A DNA stretch of 64,000 nucleotides. It comes from Candidatus Latescibacterota bacterium (lineage in GTDB: Bacteria; Latescibacterota; UBA2968). Below the pieces are notes generated by a model. The model was not told the origin of the DNA and searched no databases. It saw nothing but the letters and a program-made list of their open reading frames with translations. Below, in pieces: positions 19,786 to 28,907 of the stretch (position 1 is its first letter; the number at the start of each line of letters is the position of its first letter). The stretch is taken from NCBI GenBank assembly GCA_965222605.1, contig OZ244960.1, positions 352,001-416,000 of the forward strand, given 5' to 3'. Position numbers and translations under genes: made by a program.

Positions 19786-19812
19786 AACCCGTTAAATTAA
19801 CGGGTTTTTTTT
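19786..19812 (+). terminator. Intrinsic terminator after the tRNA
   Basis: AACCCGTTAA/TTAACGGGTT inverted repeat followed by a T-run. Confidence 0.85.
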
Positions 19813-19826
19813 GTGGAGCAAACCGC

Positions 19827-20966
19827 TTGTCATCAACGCTTGCCCGAGAAATAGCCAACCTGCGCCTGCCCGCGCTTGCCCTTTGGGCACCTGGCCCGCA
19901 CATGCTCACCCCCGCGGTTCGCCGGGTTCTGAAAACATATCAAGCGACCTATTCCCACCGATCCGCTGCATTTCAAGCCTGCTATCAAAAAACCGTGGAT
20001 TTGTTGCGCGAGGTCTTTCAAATTCCACGCGGATTTACGCCGCTCATCTTCGGTCACACCGGCAGCTATAACTGGGAAATGGTCGTCACCAATACGCCTT
20101 GCAATAGTGCGACATTGGGCATGGACATCGGCACTTTTTCCAAAAAATGGGCACAGGTTTTCACAAGTCACGGGCGCAACATCGACATCTTAAAAGCCGA
20201 CTGGGGCGACGGCATCTGCGCTCGGACCTGGTCCAACGCCATTGCCAAAAACTACGACCTTGCCCTTTTGACCCACAACGAAACATCTACCGGTGTTATG
20301 CTGCCCGTACAGGAAATGTGTGACACGGTCCGCAACACATCTCCCAAAACCCTGATTGCCATCGATGCAGTCAGCATTGCAGGGGCATCAGATAAGCCGA
20401 TTGAGACCCTGCGCCCCGATTACTATCTCTGGAGCCTGCAAAAAGACTTCGCCTGCCCCACCATCGGCTCTGTCATGATTGTATCAGACCGCGCATTTGA
20501 CGTTGCCGCAACCGTGCCAGACCGCGGTTATGTCCTCGACTTGATCGAATGGCGAACGCGCGCAAAAACAGCCCAAACCCCCATGACCGTAGCCGACCTG
20601 ACCTTACAATGCCTGAATGCGCGTCTCGAAGAAATGAAACGAGAAGGCGATCAGCACTTCAAACGCCACCAGAGCCTCGCCCTCATGCAACGCGATTGGG
20701 CAAGAAAACACAACCTGAGCCTCATTGCCAAACCGGGATACGAGAGCCTGACCGTAAATGCCATCCTCTTGCCAGACCATATTTCGGGTTCCGATTTTGT
20801 CGATAAAGCAAAAAAATTGCTCAATGTTCAACTCGCCCCGGGCTATGGCGATACCAAAGACAAAGCCTTTCGCATTGCAGCTATGGGCCACACGTCAGAA
20901 CGCGATATGCGACGCGTACTCAAGGGCCTCTCGCTCATCCTCAACAACTGGTCAAAACTCGAGTAA
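19827..20966 (+). CDS. Class V PLP-dependent aminotransferase (serine/alanine-glyoxylate-like)
   Basis: APGP, SHRS, HNETSTG, IDAVS, SLQK (PLP lysine) and FRIAAMG motifs. TTG start at 19827 with GGAG upstream. Confidence 0.85.
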   Translation: MSSTLAREIANLRLPALALWAPGPHMLTPAVRRVLKTYQATYSHRSAAFQACYQKTVDLLREVFQIPRGFTPLIFGHTGSYNWEMVVTNTPCNSATLGMDIGTFSKKWAQVFTSHGRNIDILKADWGDGICARTWSNAIAKNYDLALLTHNETSTGVMLPVQEMCDTVRNTSPKTLIAIDAVSIAGASDKPIETLRPDYYLWSLQKDFACPTIGSVMIVSDRAFDVAATVPDRGYVLDLIEWRTRAKTAQTPMTVADLTLQCLNARLEEMKREGDQHFKRHQSLALMQRDWARKHNLSLIAKPGYESLTVNAILLPDHISGSDFVDKAKKLLNVQLAPGYGDTKDKAFRIAAMGHTSERDMRRVLKGLSLILNNWSKLE

Positions 20967-20970
20967 CCCC

Positions 20971-21795
20971 ATGTCAAACCCCACCTCCATGATCTGCCCA
21001 GGCTGTGGCACCCTCATCAATACCGACGAGAAACGCTGTCCCCATTGCGGCGCTTATAATCCCAACCTCTGGGGCCTCGGTCCCGCGCTGAACCGGCTCT
21101 TTGGCGGTCGCATCGATGTCCTCACCCTGATACCCACCGCGTGTATTGCCCTTTACGCAATCAGTCTATTGCTCGACCTCAGTGCCGCGCTGTCGATGGG
21201 CGGCGGGCTTTTTGGCATGCTAAGCCCCGGCAATATCCCACTGCTCGTTCTCGGCATGACCTACGGCGAGGCACCCTGGTGGACCGTGCTCACCGCGACA
21301 TATCTTCACGGCAGCCTCCTCCACATCCTGTTCAACGTCCTTTGGATTCGGCAACTCGGTCCCGATGTCGGGCATTTCTTTGGACCCGCGCGTTATTTTA
21401 TCATCTACACTGTCGCAGGAGCTATCGGTTTTATCCTCTCCAATCTAATCTCTGGCTATCCCACCGTAGGCGCGTCGGGGGCGATCTTTGGACTTTTTGC
21501 CGCCATCATTGTGTACGGCCGCAACCAGAAAACGCAGATGATGTCACTCATGACACGGCAGATGTGGCAATGGGCCATCCTGCTATTTGTCATGGGCTTT
21601 CTCATGAGTGGCGTAAACAACTGGGCGCATCTGGGCGGTTTTATCGGTGGCTGGATCGCAGCACAAATTCTCGTTTCAAATGCAGAATACCGCGAAGGAC
21701 GCATCACCATTCTCATAGCCCTGCTCTGTCTTTTGCTCACCGTCCTCGGCTTTGTCCTCTCCATCTTAGAATACTTCCCACTCCTCCTGTCCTGA
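20971..21795 (+). CDS. Rhomboid intramembrane serine protease with N-terminal zinc ribbon
   Basis: CPGC...CPHC, HGSLLHILFN, VGASG (catalytic Ser) and NWAHLGG (catalytic His). Confidence 0.92.
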   Translation: MSNPTSMICPGCGTLINTDEKRCPHCGAYNPNLWGLGPALNRLFGGRIDVLTLIPTACIALYAISLLLDLSAALSMGGGLFGMLSPGNIPLLVLGMTYGEAPWWTVLTATYLHGSLLHILFNVLWIRQLGPDVGHFFGPARYFIIYTVAGAIGFILSNLISGYPTVGASGAIFGLFAAIIVYGRNQKTQMMSLMTRQMWQWAILLFVMGFLMSGVNNWAHLGGFIGGWIAAQILVSNAEYREGRITILIALLCLLLTVLGFVLSILEYFPLLLS

Positions 21796-21798
21796 CGC

Positions 21799-23406
21799 CT
21801 ATCCCCCCAGTCTCACATCCACAGGCTCAGGTATCCATGACGCAGTAATACCCAGATCGCTGTGGATGACCTGTGCCGCATTATAACCCGGCAAACCGGT
21901 CACATTGCCGCCGGGATGGCAGCACGACCCACAAAGATACAACCCCTCAAAATACCCGCGATAATGCCCTGCACCGGGAAAGGGCCGGTTATAACCCGTC
22001 TGCCCATTTGTAAATGCACCGACGAGCAAATCGCCATCCCGCATATTGGGCAATGCGCGCTCAACATCCAGTGGACTGCGAACAAAAGAATCGATCACAC
22101 AATCCTTCAAATTGGGCGCATATTCAGACCACATATCCAGCATATCGCGACCAACCGCATCCCGCTGGCGATCCCAGTTTGCAGAATCGCCATACAGGTG
22201 AAACGGCAACTTCTGCCACATAAACGCCGTGTGTTTGTCCGAAGGAGCCTGTGTAGCGTCAAAATGCGTCGGACACGCGCCCCACATCACAGTCGGCGGA
22301 ATCGTCCCCTTTTCGTGGTGGGCAACAATATCCACATATTGATCCGCGTGTTCCAGCCCCAAAATAACCATCAGCGCGTCCGCCACTTCCGGATGTTTTT
22401 CCACAGCGCGATAACGCGGCGGTTCACTCAAATTCAAATGGAGTGCGAACAACGGTGCCAACACATTGTACTGAAATTTCTCGACCCGGTTTTGCCACAT
22501 CCTGGGCAATGCCTCGCGGTCAATCAAATCGAGAAATGTCTGATGGGGATTCAGGCTGGACACGACCACAGGCGCTTTGATATACTTCCCATCCGCCGTT
22601 TCAACACCCCTGACGCGATTGTTCTCCACCACAATGCGCCCGGGTTCGGTTTGCAACCAGATCTCGCCGCCCATCTCAGAAATAGCAGCAACCAGCGCGC
22701 GCGCCAGCCCCGCTGACCCGCCCACACACATCTGCGCTTTCCCCTTGCTCGCCAGCAACGCCGGTATATGGTGTCCAAACCCCGCGGCGCGCAAATCCAC
22801 TTCGCGCAGCCCATTGAAAAACAACAACCCGGCTCGAACAACCGGATGTTCAAATTCCCGATTCACAAACGCAAGCGGAGAAAGCGCGCTGACTTCGAGC
22901 AACATCTTCCCCTCTCGGGTCTGCGACAGAATCTTTTGCCTCAACTCCTGCGACAAAGGCGGCGCCTGTGCCTCTACAGACAGAATATTTCTCACAACAG
23001 GGTCAAACGCATCGCGCCATCGCCGAAGAGTCTGTGCATCCCTCTTGCTAAACCGCGCAAAACTATCTTGAGTGCGTTCAAAATCCGTGTACCATTTCAA
23101 CACATCGCCATTTCTCAGCACAAGAGCCACATTCAGTTCGGGTTCAATATAGCGCGCGCCATACCGTTCCAGGTGCAAATCGCCAAACCACGGCATTTGC
23201 GTGATGCCGCGATGAAAAAAAGAATGCGTATTGTGCAAAAAACCCGGATAACGGGGGTCTTCAACAGTCGCCAGCCCGCCTCCGGGTTTATCCGATCTCT
23301 CCAGACAAATCACATTGAGTCCTGCGCGACACAAATACGCCTGCAAAATGAGGCCATTGTGCCCAGCGCCCAGCACAATCACATCAGTAGTTATATCCTC
23401 TCCCAT
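21799..23406 (-). CDS. FAD-dependent oxidoreductase, phytoene desaturase-like family
   Basis: GAGHNGL dinucleotide-binding motif and C-terminal GLYLCGSCCHPGGNVTGLPGYNAA. Confidence 0.88.
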   Translation of the reverse strand: MGEDITTDVIVLGAGHNGLILQAYLCRAGLNVICLERSDKPGGGLATVEDPRYPGFLHNTHSFFHRGITQMPWFGDLHLERYGARYIEPELNVALVLRNGDVLKWYTDFERTQDSFARFSKRDAQTLRRWRDAFDPVVRNILSVEAQAPPLSQELRQKILSQTREGKMLLEVSALSPLAFVNREFEHPVVRAGLLFFNGLREVDLRAAGFGHHIPALLASKGKAQMCVGGSAGLARALVAAISEMGGEIWLQTEPGRIVVENNRVRGVETADGKYIKAPVVVSSLNPHQTFLDLIDREALPRMWQNRVEKFQYNVLAPLFALHLNLSEPPRYRAVEKHPEVADALMVILGLEHADQYVDIVAHHEKGTIPPTVMWGACPTHFDATQAPSDKHTAFMWQKLPFHLYGDSANWDRQRDAVGRDMLDMWSEYAPNLKDCVIDSFVRSPLDVERALPNMRDGDLLVGAFTNGQTGYNRPFPGAGHYRGYFEGLYLCGSCCHPGGNVTGLPGYNAAQVIHSDLGITASWIPEPVDVRLGG

Positions 23407-23411
23407 AGCGA

Positions 23412-24230
23412 TTACCAGTAGCGTTCTATATGCACCTGCCCGGGATCTCTCCGCCTGTGCTCCTTAAAACCCTCCGCAACCAGAATTTTTGTCACATCAT
23501 CGCACATATAGGGATTACCACATACAAACACATGCGTATCCTCAGATGCTGGATGCCCCCCCCAGACCTCATCGAGCGGACCATCTGTCCACAAATTCTG
23601 CACATAGCCCGTATGCCCACTCCACGCCACATGCTCATTTGCCGGACGGCTAATCTGGGGGATATAAATAAAATTAGCGCATAAATCTTGCATCATTTCC
23701 AATTCTGACCGATATCCCAAATCCCATGAATGTCGCGCCCCATGCAGCACCACAAAACGCCGCTCTGTGTTTTCCCGCAAATAAGTCCGCAACATACTCA
23801 TATAAGGCGCCAATCCCGTGCCCGTCGCCACCATCACGACATTTTTATTCGGCGGAACATCTTGCAGCGTAAACATGCCCGTAATTTTTGGGCCCAACCA
23901 GAGGCGGTCCCCAATTTCGAGCGCAAATAGCCTGGGCGTCAATGCGCCCGATCTCACCAGAGTGATATAAAACTCGAGGTATTCTGTTGCCACCGAAGAA
24001 GATGCAATAGAATACGCCCGTCGGATCAGGCCCCTCTGCGGCTTCTCGTAATCTTCGACAGGGTCTGAATACTCTGTGCGGGGTGCATCGGGAGGCAATC
24101 CGATCACGCCAAATTGCCCGGCTTCAAAAGTTGGCAATTCCCATCCGTCGGGCACGACGCGAAGAATAACCAAATCTGGAGTCACTTCGAGACGCTGTGT
24201 CACAACGGCATTGAGTTCTTCCTGCGGCAA
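23412..24230 (-). CDS. fpr: Ferredoxin/flavodoxin-NADP+ reductase
   Basis: RAYSIAS, ATGTGLAP, VCGNPxM and C-terminal ERYW. Confidence 0.9.
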   Translation of the reverse strand: MPQEELNAVVTQRLEVTPDLVILRVVPDGWELPTFEAGQFGVIGLPPDAPRTEYSDPVEDYEKPQRGLIRRAYSIASSSVATEYLEFYITLVRSGALTPRLFALEIGDRLWLGPKITGMFTLQDVPPNKNVVMVATGTGLAPYMSMLRTYLRENTERRFVVLHGARHSWDLGYRSELEMMQDLCANFIYIPQISRPANEHVAWSGHTGYVQNLWTDGPLDEVWGGHPASEDTHVFVCGNPYMCDDVTKILVAEGFKEHRRRDPGQVHIERYW

Positions 24231-24240
24231 ACCGCCCTCC

Positions 24241-25287
24241 TTAAGCTAAAGTTATACCAACTGCGTGTCCTGTTTCGCAAATCTGTCGCCAGGTCTCATC
24301 ATCTATATCTACGCCACGCGCTTCTTTCTGCCGCCGCATGCGCGCTTCCATCTCGCCCGGCATCAAAATCTCATCGAACCCGGGGGCGAGCCGGGCACTC
24401 TTCAAAAATTGCACAAATGATTGCATTTCATCTTGAAACTGATCGCGCCCGACAAAAGCCCCAATATCGAGCGCCATAATAAACACCCCATTGCCGCCAG
24501 AAAGCCCACCCTCGCGACTGCACCCACCGCCACCAAGTGCGCCAGACAAAACATCGACCACCACAGAAAGCGCGTAGCCCTTATGCGCTGAAATCCCGCC
24601 AAAAGGCAAAATAGCCCCTCTGGGTGGACCGTAAAATTCTGCCGGATCCGTCGTCGGATCGCCCTCTGCATCGATCACCCAGCCTTCGGGCAAGGACTCG
24701 CCCAAATTGCGCTTCACCCGAATTTTCCCTTCCGCGACAACACTCGTGGTTAAATCCGCGACAATCGGAAAATCGCCCCCGGTGGGAATGCCCACAGCGA
24801 TGGGATTGGGCGACATGCGCGCGTCAATGCCGCCAAACGGATGCTGAAGCAATCCCCCGCCGTGATTATTGCACATCACAATGCCAATCATCTCGGCCTC
24901 GGCAGCGACCTCCACATATTCACCCAAACGCCCAATATGACCGCTATTGAAAAGCTCGACCACCGCAACCGACCGCTGTTTTGCCTTTTCCATTGCCAGC
25001 ATCATAGCCTGATGGCAAACGGTTTGTCCAAACCCCCAACCCCCATCGACGACCGCCGAGGCATCGGCCTCGCGCACAACCGCGATCTCTTGCCCGGCAC
25101 TCACGCGCCCTTCTCTGAGCGCCTGAACGTATTGCACAACGCGAATCACACCGTGGGAATCGTGACCCATCAAATTGGACAACACCAGCGAATGCGCAAT
25201 CTGGCGCGCTTCTTCAGCACCCAGTCCCGCGCCTTCAAACACCTGCGAACAAGCTCCTTTGAGCTTTTCAACATCCAAAACAGGCAT
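24241..25287 (-). CDS. Ldh_2-family (type 2 malate/L-lactate/sulfolactate) dehydrogenase
   Basis: GHDSHG, DGGWGFG, HIGRLGEY, NPIA, HKGY and MPGE motifs. Confidence 0.92.
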   Translation of the reverse strand: MPVLDVEKLKGACSQVFEGAGLGAEEARQIAHSLVLSNLMGHDSHGVIRVVQYVQALREGRVSAGQEIAVVREADASAVVDGGWGFGQTVCHQAMMLAMEKAKQRSVAVVELFNSGHIGRLGEYVEVAAEAEMIGIVMCNNHGGGLLQHPFGGIDARMSPNPIAVGIPTGGDFPIVADLTTSVVAEGKIRVKRNLGESLPEGWVIDAEGDPTTDPAEFYGPPRGAILPFGGISAHKGYALSVVVDVLSGALGGGGCSREGGLSGGNGVFIMALDIGAFVGRDQFQDEMQSFVQFLKSARLAPGFDEILMPGEMEARMRRQKEARGVDIDDETWRQICETGHAVGITLA

Positions 25288-25599
25288 AAACCTTCCCCCT
25301 TAAATTATATCGGGCCATAATCTACATTTAACTGGTATAATGGTCAATGTAAAATCGGTAAAAAGTTCGGTGCGATCACGGGCGCAGCGAGTAGAGATTG
25401 GGGGCTGGGGAACGATATTACAACTTGACAGAACTCTAAAAAATCGCTTTTTATTGTTCCCATCGCCGCCCTGGAGGTTATTTTTGTTCTACAAAGTGCC
25501 TATATTCGCATTCGCGTTGCTAACCATCTGCACCGCTCAACCAGTCCCCAACACCAGCCCAGCTACTATGTCCACCTCCGACCGCATCCAACGCTACCC

Positions 25600-25825
25600 G
25601 CCCAACCCCGGCGTCGAGTACGCCCTCTTTTTTCCCAACGGCGGCAACGTGCTGCTGAACGTGGAAGCGGCAAAAAGAAAAAAACTCCATGTGCGCTGGC
25701 TGGACATTCGCCAGGGCACGTGGCAGGACGAAGAAGTCGCCGCACCAACGCACTACCTGCGATTGGTGACGCCGAAAAAAAAAGGATACTGGGCCGCAGT
25801 GGTCAAAGCCGAGTCGAATAAATAA
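25600..25825 (+). pseudogene. Probable 3' gene fragment (small C-terminal beta domain of DUF4038/glycoside-hydrolase-like proteins)
   Basis: NPGVEYALFFPNGGxVxL...VRWLDIxxGxW...P...WAAVV resembles that C-terminal domain; the upstream part of the ORF does not look coding. Confidence 0.5.
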
Positions 25826-25832
25826 TAAAAAC

Positions 25833-25861
25833 ACAAGCCCCCGCATTTTGCGGAGGCTTGT
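25833..25861. terminator. Hairpin between convergent genes
   Basis: ACAAGCCCCCGCA-TTT-TGCGGAGGCTTGT, a 13-bp stem with one mismatch. Confidence 0.55.
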
Positions 25862-25950
25862 CCCATCACCCTCCAGTCTTTCTGTTGCGTTTGGCTTTCG
25901 CAACCAGTGACTTCATTTTACACTCAGACCTCTCTCAATTCGCTTCTTTT

Positions 25951-28893
25951 TTATATTTCCACTTGATCGAGCGATGTAACCACATCGTAATCGACATTGA
26001 GCGATTCAAAGTGCTTTCGACCACAATCAATTTTCCAATTCTCTCCCATCCTGCGATCCTCAGAATCGAGCGTGCTCTTGGTCTCACGCACAAAATAGAG
26101 CTTCTCGTCCCGCTCCGTAACAAAAGCCCAATCCGGATTGTATGGGCCGATAGGCGTGTCAATCTTGAACCAAGAAGGAAGTTTGAGGAATAGCCTGACA
26201 TTTTCATGATTATCCAGGTCATGTGCAAACTGCTTCTCAACCTCAGACTCGTACTCGATAGTATCGAAAAGTGCCTTATTCTCGTTCTGAACCTCGTACA
26301 AGTTATGTAAATAACGGACAATACCCTCTTCAGCCTCCTGTTCAATACGCCTCATTTCCCAGTACTGACCTTTGACCTTTTCATACTGAATGCCATTGAG
26401 CATCAGATCGCGCATAGCACGAAAAATCTCTTTTGCCACCGCCGCCATAAAAACTTGCGGATTGACCTTGAAGGCAGGTAAGCGTTCCGACTGTTTCAGT
26501 ATTTTGACAAGTGCGTAGCGGGTCAGTTCCGTCTCCTTCTGGAGAAAATTCAGGATATCGGGCAAGATAGCGACCGGGCTTACATCGCGGCGTCGCGTCG
26601 CAATTTGCCTGTCGGCTGAAACACCCGCCTCCGAAATATCGACCTCAACAACTGTTGTTGCAATTTCAGGAGGTTCAATGGGCGCGAGATTTTTGATGCG
26701 CTCAACTGCCTTGTAGATCAACTCGTCGGTATCAAAGGCCACACGATAGCGCGTACGATGCTTGATCTTATTCCAAAGTGCCTTAAAATCATCGCTCAGG
26801 TAAACTTCCTTTCGCAATTTGAGCGCGCGTCGCTCACGGGCATTTACCACGCGGTTTTTGAAGACCTTCTTGCTCACCTCGTCAATAATCTCAGGCACCA
26901 GGTCCTTAAACTCGTCGGATATCTGAAGCTGAAAATGCGGTGCTCTTGGATTGAACTCATCCAGAATTTCACCGGACGTATTGAGATACCCATTGGCAAC
27001 CAAGTCGTCCCAAATTCTGGTCGAAGCATTCTGGCCAATTTCTTGCTCAGTCCTATCCGGTGCTGCCCGAACCAATTTGGCGAAGGCGATCTTCTCGACC
27101 ACGCCAAACTGAATCCCAAAATCTTCTTCAAACTCCGATTGCAGCGTACGGGCAAATTCCTCATAAGACTCATTGGCAACCACAGTGAGCCGGTTGACGG
27201 TTTCATCGCGAATACGCTCGCCATCCTGATTCACTGGCAGGCGCAGACCTCGCCCAATTTCCTGACGCTTTTTCTCAAATGAGTGGGTCTCGTTGAGCGT
27301 ACAAATTTGGAAGACATTGGGATTGTCCCACCCTTCCCGCAACGCGGAATGCGAAAAGATAAAACGGAGTGGCTCTTCAAAATCGAGCAAACGTTCCTTC
27401 TCCCTCATGATCAAATTATAAGTGTCTTCGTCTATCTTCGTGTTGCCCCGCGTATCTCTGGCGCGCCCCTTATCCATAGAGAAGTAGCCGTTGTGGATTT
27501 TGGAAATATTCTGGGTGGCAAATGCACCGTAAATCGGTTTGTCTGTCAGTTCCTCGTATGCATCCTCAAACCACTGGCCGACCTTTCCAAGCGTGGTGCT
27601 GCCATCTGTGTTGTACACCCGATAACTCGCCACCCGGTTAATAAAAAATAGTGAGAGCACCTTGACGCCTTTTTTCCTCAGAACACGCTCCTTTTGGAGA
27701 TGCCGCTCCACAGTCTCATAGACCTGTGCCTGCATAATCTCGTCGCCCAGTCCCCCGATTTCCTCCCCAATTTCCAATAAGTGTCCCTGATTGAACTCGA
27801 GATATTCCACACCCGGAGTGCAATCGATAGTCTGAACAATATACCCTTGCCGATAATTTTCCCGCTTGCCAGACTTCACGTACAAATCGTCGCCCTGCTT
27901 GACCCAAATTTTGGATGCTCTCGGTCCTTGCAGACCTTCCTTGTGAATCTCCACCTGTGCCCTAATGCCCTTCGTGTTATCGGTCTTTAACAGTTTGACA
28001 TAAGCGTCATTAAAACTGTCTTCAGAGCGCACTGATGCCACCTCAATACGCTTGACCAGACGCATGTCATAAGCCTTTATGGGGTCGAGTTTATACAGAA
28101 GATTATAGGGATTTCGATGCGTAGCACTATAACGCAGTGTGGCGGACGGATGCAGATTTTCTATCGCCCGCCTTGATTTGGGCGTATTATCCACGCTTTG
28201 CGGCTCGTCAATAATAACCATCGGTTGCGTGGCCTGAATAAACTCAATCGGTCGGTGACCGGACATACGATCATTTTCGCGGTTGATCACATTGAGTTTT
28301 TTTAACTCGTCTTCCGTCATATCTGCAAGTGCTCTATCCGCAACATCTTTCTGGAAGGATTGAATGTTGATGATCATAATCTGAATTTGATTGCTCGTGG
28401 CGAATTGTCGCACCTGACCGAGTTTTTTGGAATCATAGACAAAGTAATCGAATGGCACATTATCGTAGAGCGTACAAAAATGCTCTTTTGTCATCTCAAT
28501 GCTTTTCAGCACGCCCTCGCGGACAGCCACGCTGGGCACAACAACAATAAACTTCTTAAAGCTGTATGCCCTGTTCAACTCGAAAATTGTGCGGAGATAA
28601 ACATAAGTCTTGCCGGTGCCCGTCTCCATTTCAATGGAAAACGCCCGCCCTTGAAGCACGGATACTTTCTCAATATCATTGGCTTCCTGTATCTTGTGAA
28701 CATTGGCGAGAAGTGCGTCATCGCTGAGCGAAAGGTTATTCCCCACGCCGAGTTCAGATTGAAAAAGCCCTGCATCGGCTGTAAGGCTCAACGCAAACCC
28801 GGCCTGAGCAATAGTCTGCCCGTCGAACACATCTACAATGGCGTTGATCGCATCACGCTGATAGTCCAGTGATGGGTCAAATTTAAGTTTCAT
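25951..28893 (-). CDS. res: Type III restriction-modification system Res subunit
   Basis: EMETGTGKT, IIDEPQ, SATH, LREGWDNPNVF and QEIGRGLR motifs, plus C-terminal nuclease YNPDW...VRETK. Confidence 0.95.
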   Translation of the reverse strand: MKLKFDPSLDYQRDAINAIVDVFDGQTIAQAGFALSLTADAGLFQSELGVGNNLSLSDDALLANVHKIQEANDIEKVSVLQGRAFSIEMETGTGKTYVYLRTIFELNRAYSFKKFIVVVPSVAVREGVLKSIEMTKEHFCTLYDNVPFDYFVYDSKKLGQVRQFATSNQIQIMIINIQSFQKDVADRALADMTEDELKKLNVINRENDRMSGHRPIEFIQATQPMVIIDEPQSVDNTPKSRRAIENLHPSATLRYSATHRNPYNLLYKLDPIKAYDMRLVKRIEVASVRSEDSFNDAYVKLLKTDNTKGIRAQVEIHKEGLQGPRASKIWVKQGDDLYVKSGKRENYRQGYIVQTIDCTPGVEYLEFNQGHLLEIGEEIGGLGDEIMQAQVYETVERHLQKERVLRKKGVKVLSLFFINRVASYRVYNTDGSTTLGKVGQWFEDAYEELTDKPIYGAFATQNISKIHNGYFSMDKGRARDTRGNTKIDEDTYNLIMREKERLLDFEEPLRFIFSHSALREGWDNPNVFQICTLNETHSFEKKRQEIGRGLRLPVNQDGERIRDETVNRLTVVANESYEEFARTLQSEFEEDFGIQFGVVEKIAFAKLVRAAPDRTEQEIGQNASTRIWDDLVANGYLNTSGEILDEFNPRAPHFQLQISDEFKDLVPEIIDEVSKKVFKNRVVNARERRALKLRKEVYLSDDFKALWNKIKHRTRYRVAFDTDELIYKAVERIKNLAPIEPPEIATTVVEVDISEAGVSADRQIATRRRDVSPVAILPDILNFLQKETELTRYALVKILKQSERLPAFKVNPQVFMAAVAKEIFRAMRDLMLNGIQYEKVKGQYWEMRRIEQEAEEGIVRYLHNLYEVQNENKALFDTIEYESEVEKQFAHDLDNHENVRLFLKLPSWFKIDTPIGPYNPDWAFVTERDEKLYFVRETKSTLDSEDRRMGENWKIDCGRKHFESLNVDYDVVTSLDQVEI

Positions 28894-28907
28894 GGCAATT
28901 GGTCCTC

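Noticed and set aside
19734-19826. ORF-track N-terminal extension of the aminotransferase and the reverse ORF 19721-19909
   Set aside because: Both overlap tRNA-Gly and its terminator; the TTG at 19827 has an RBS.
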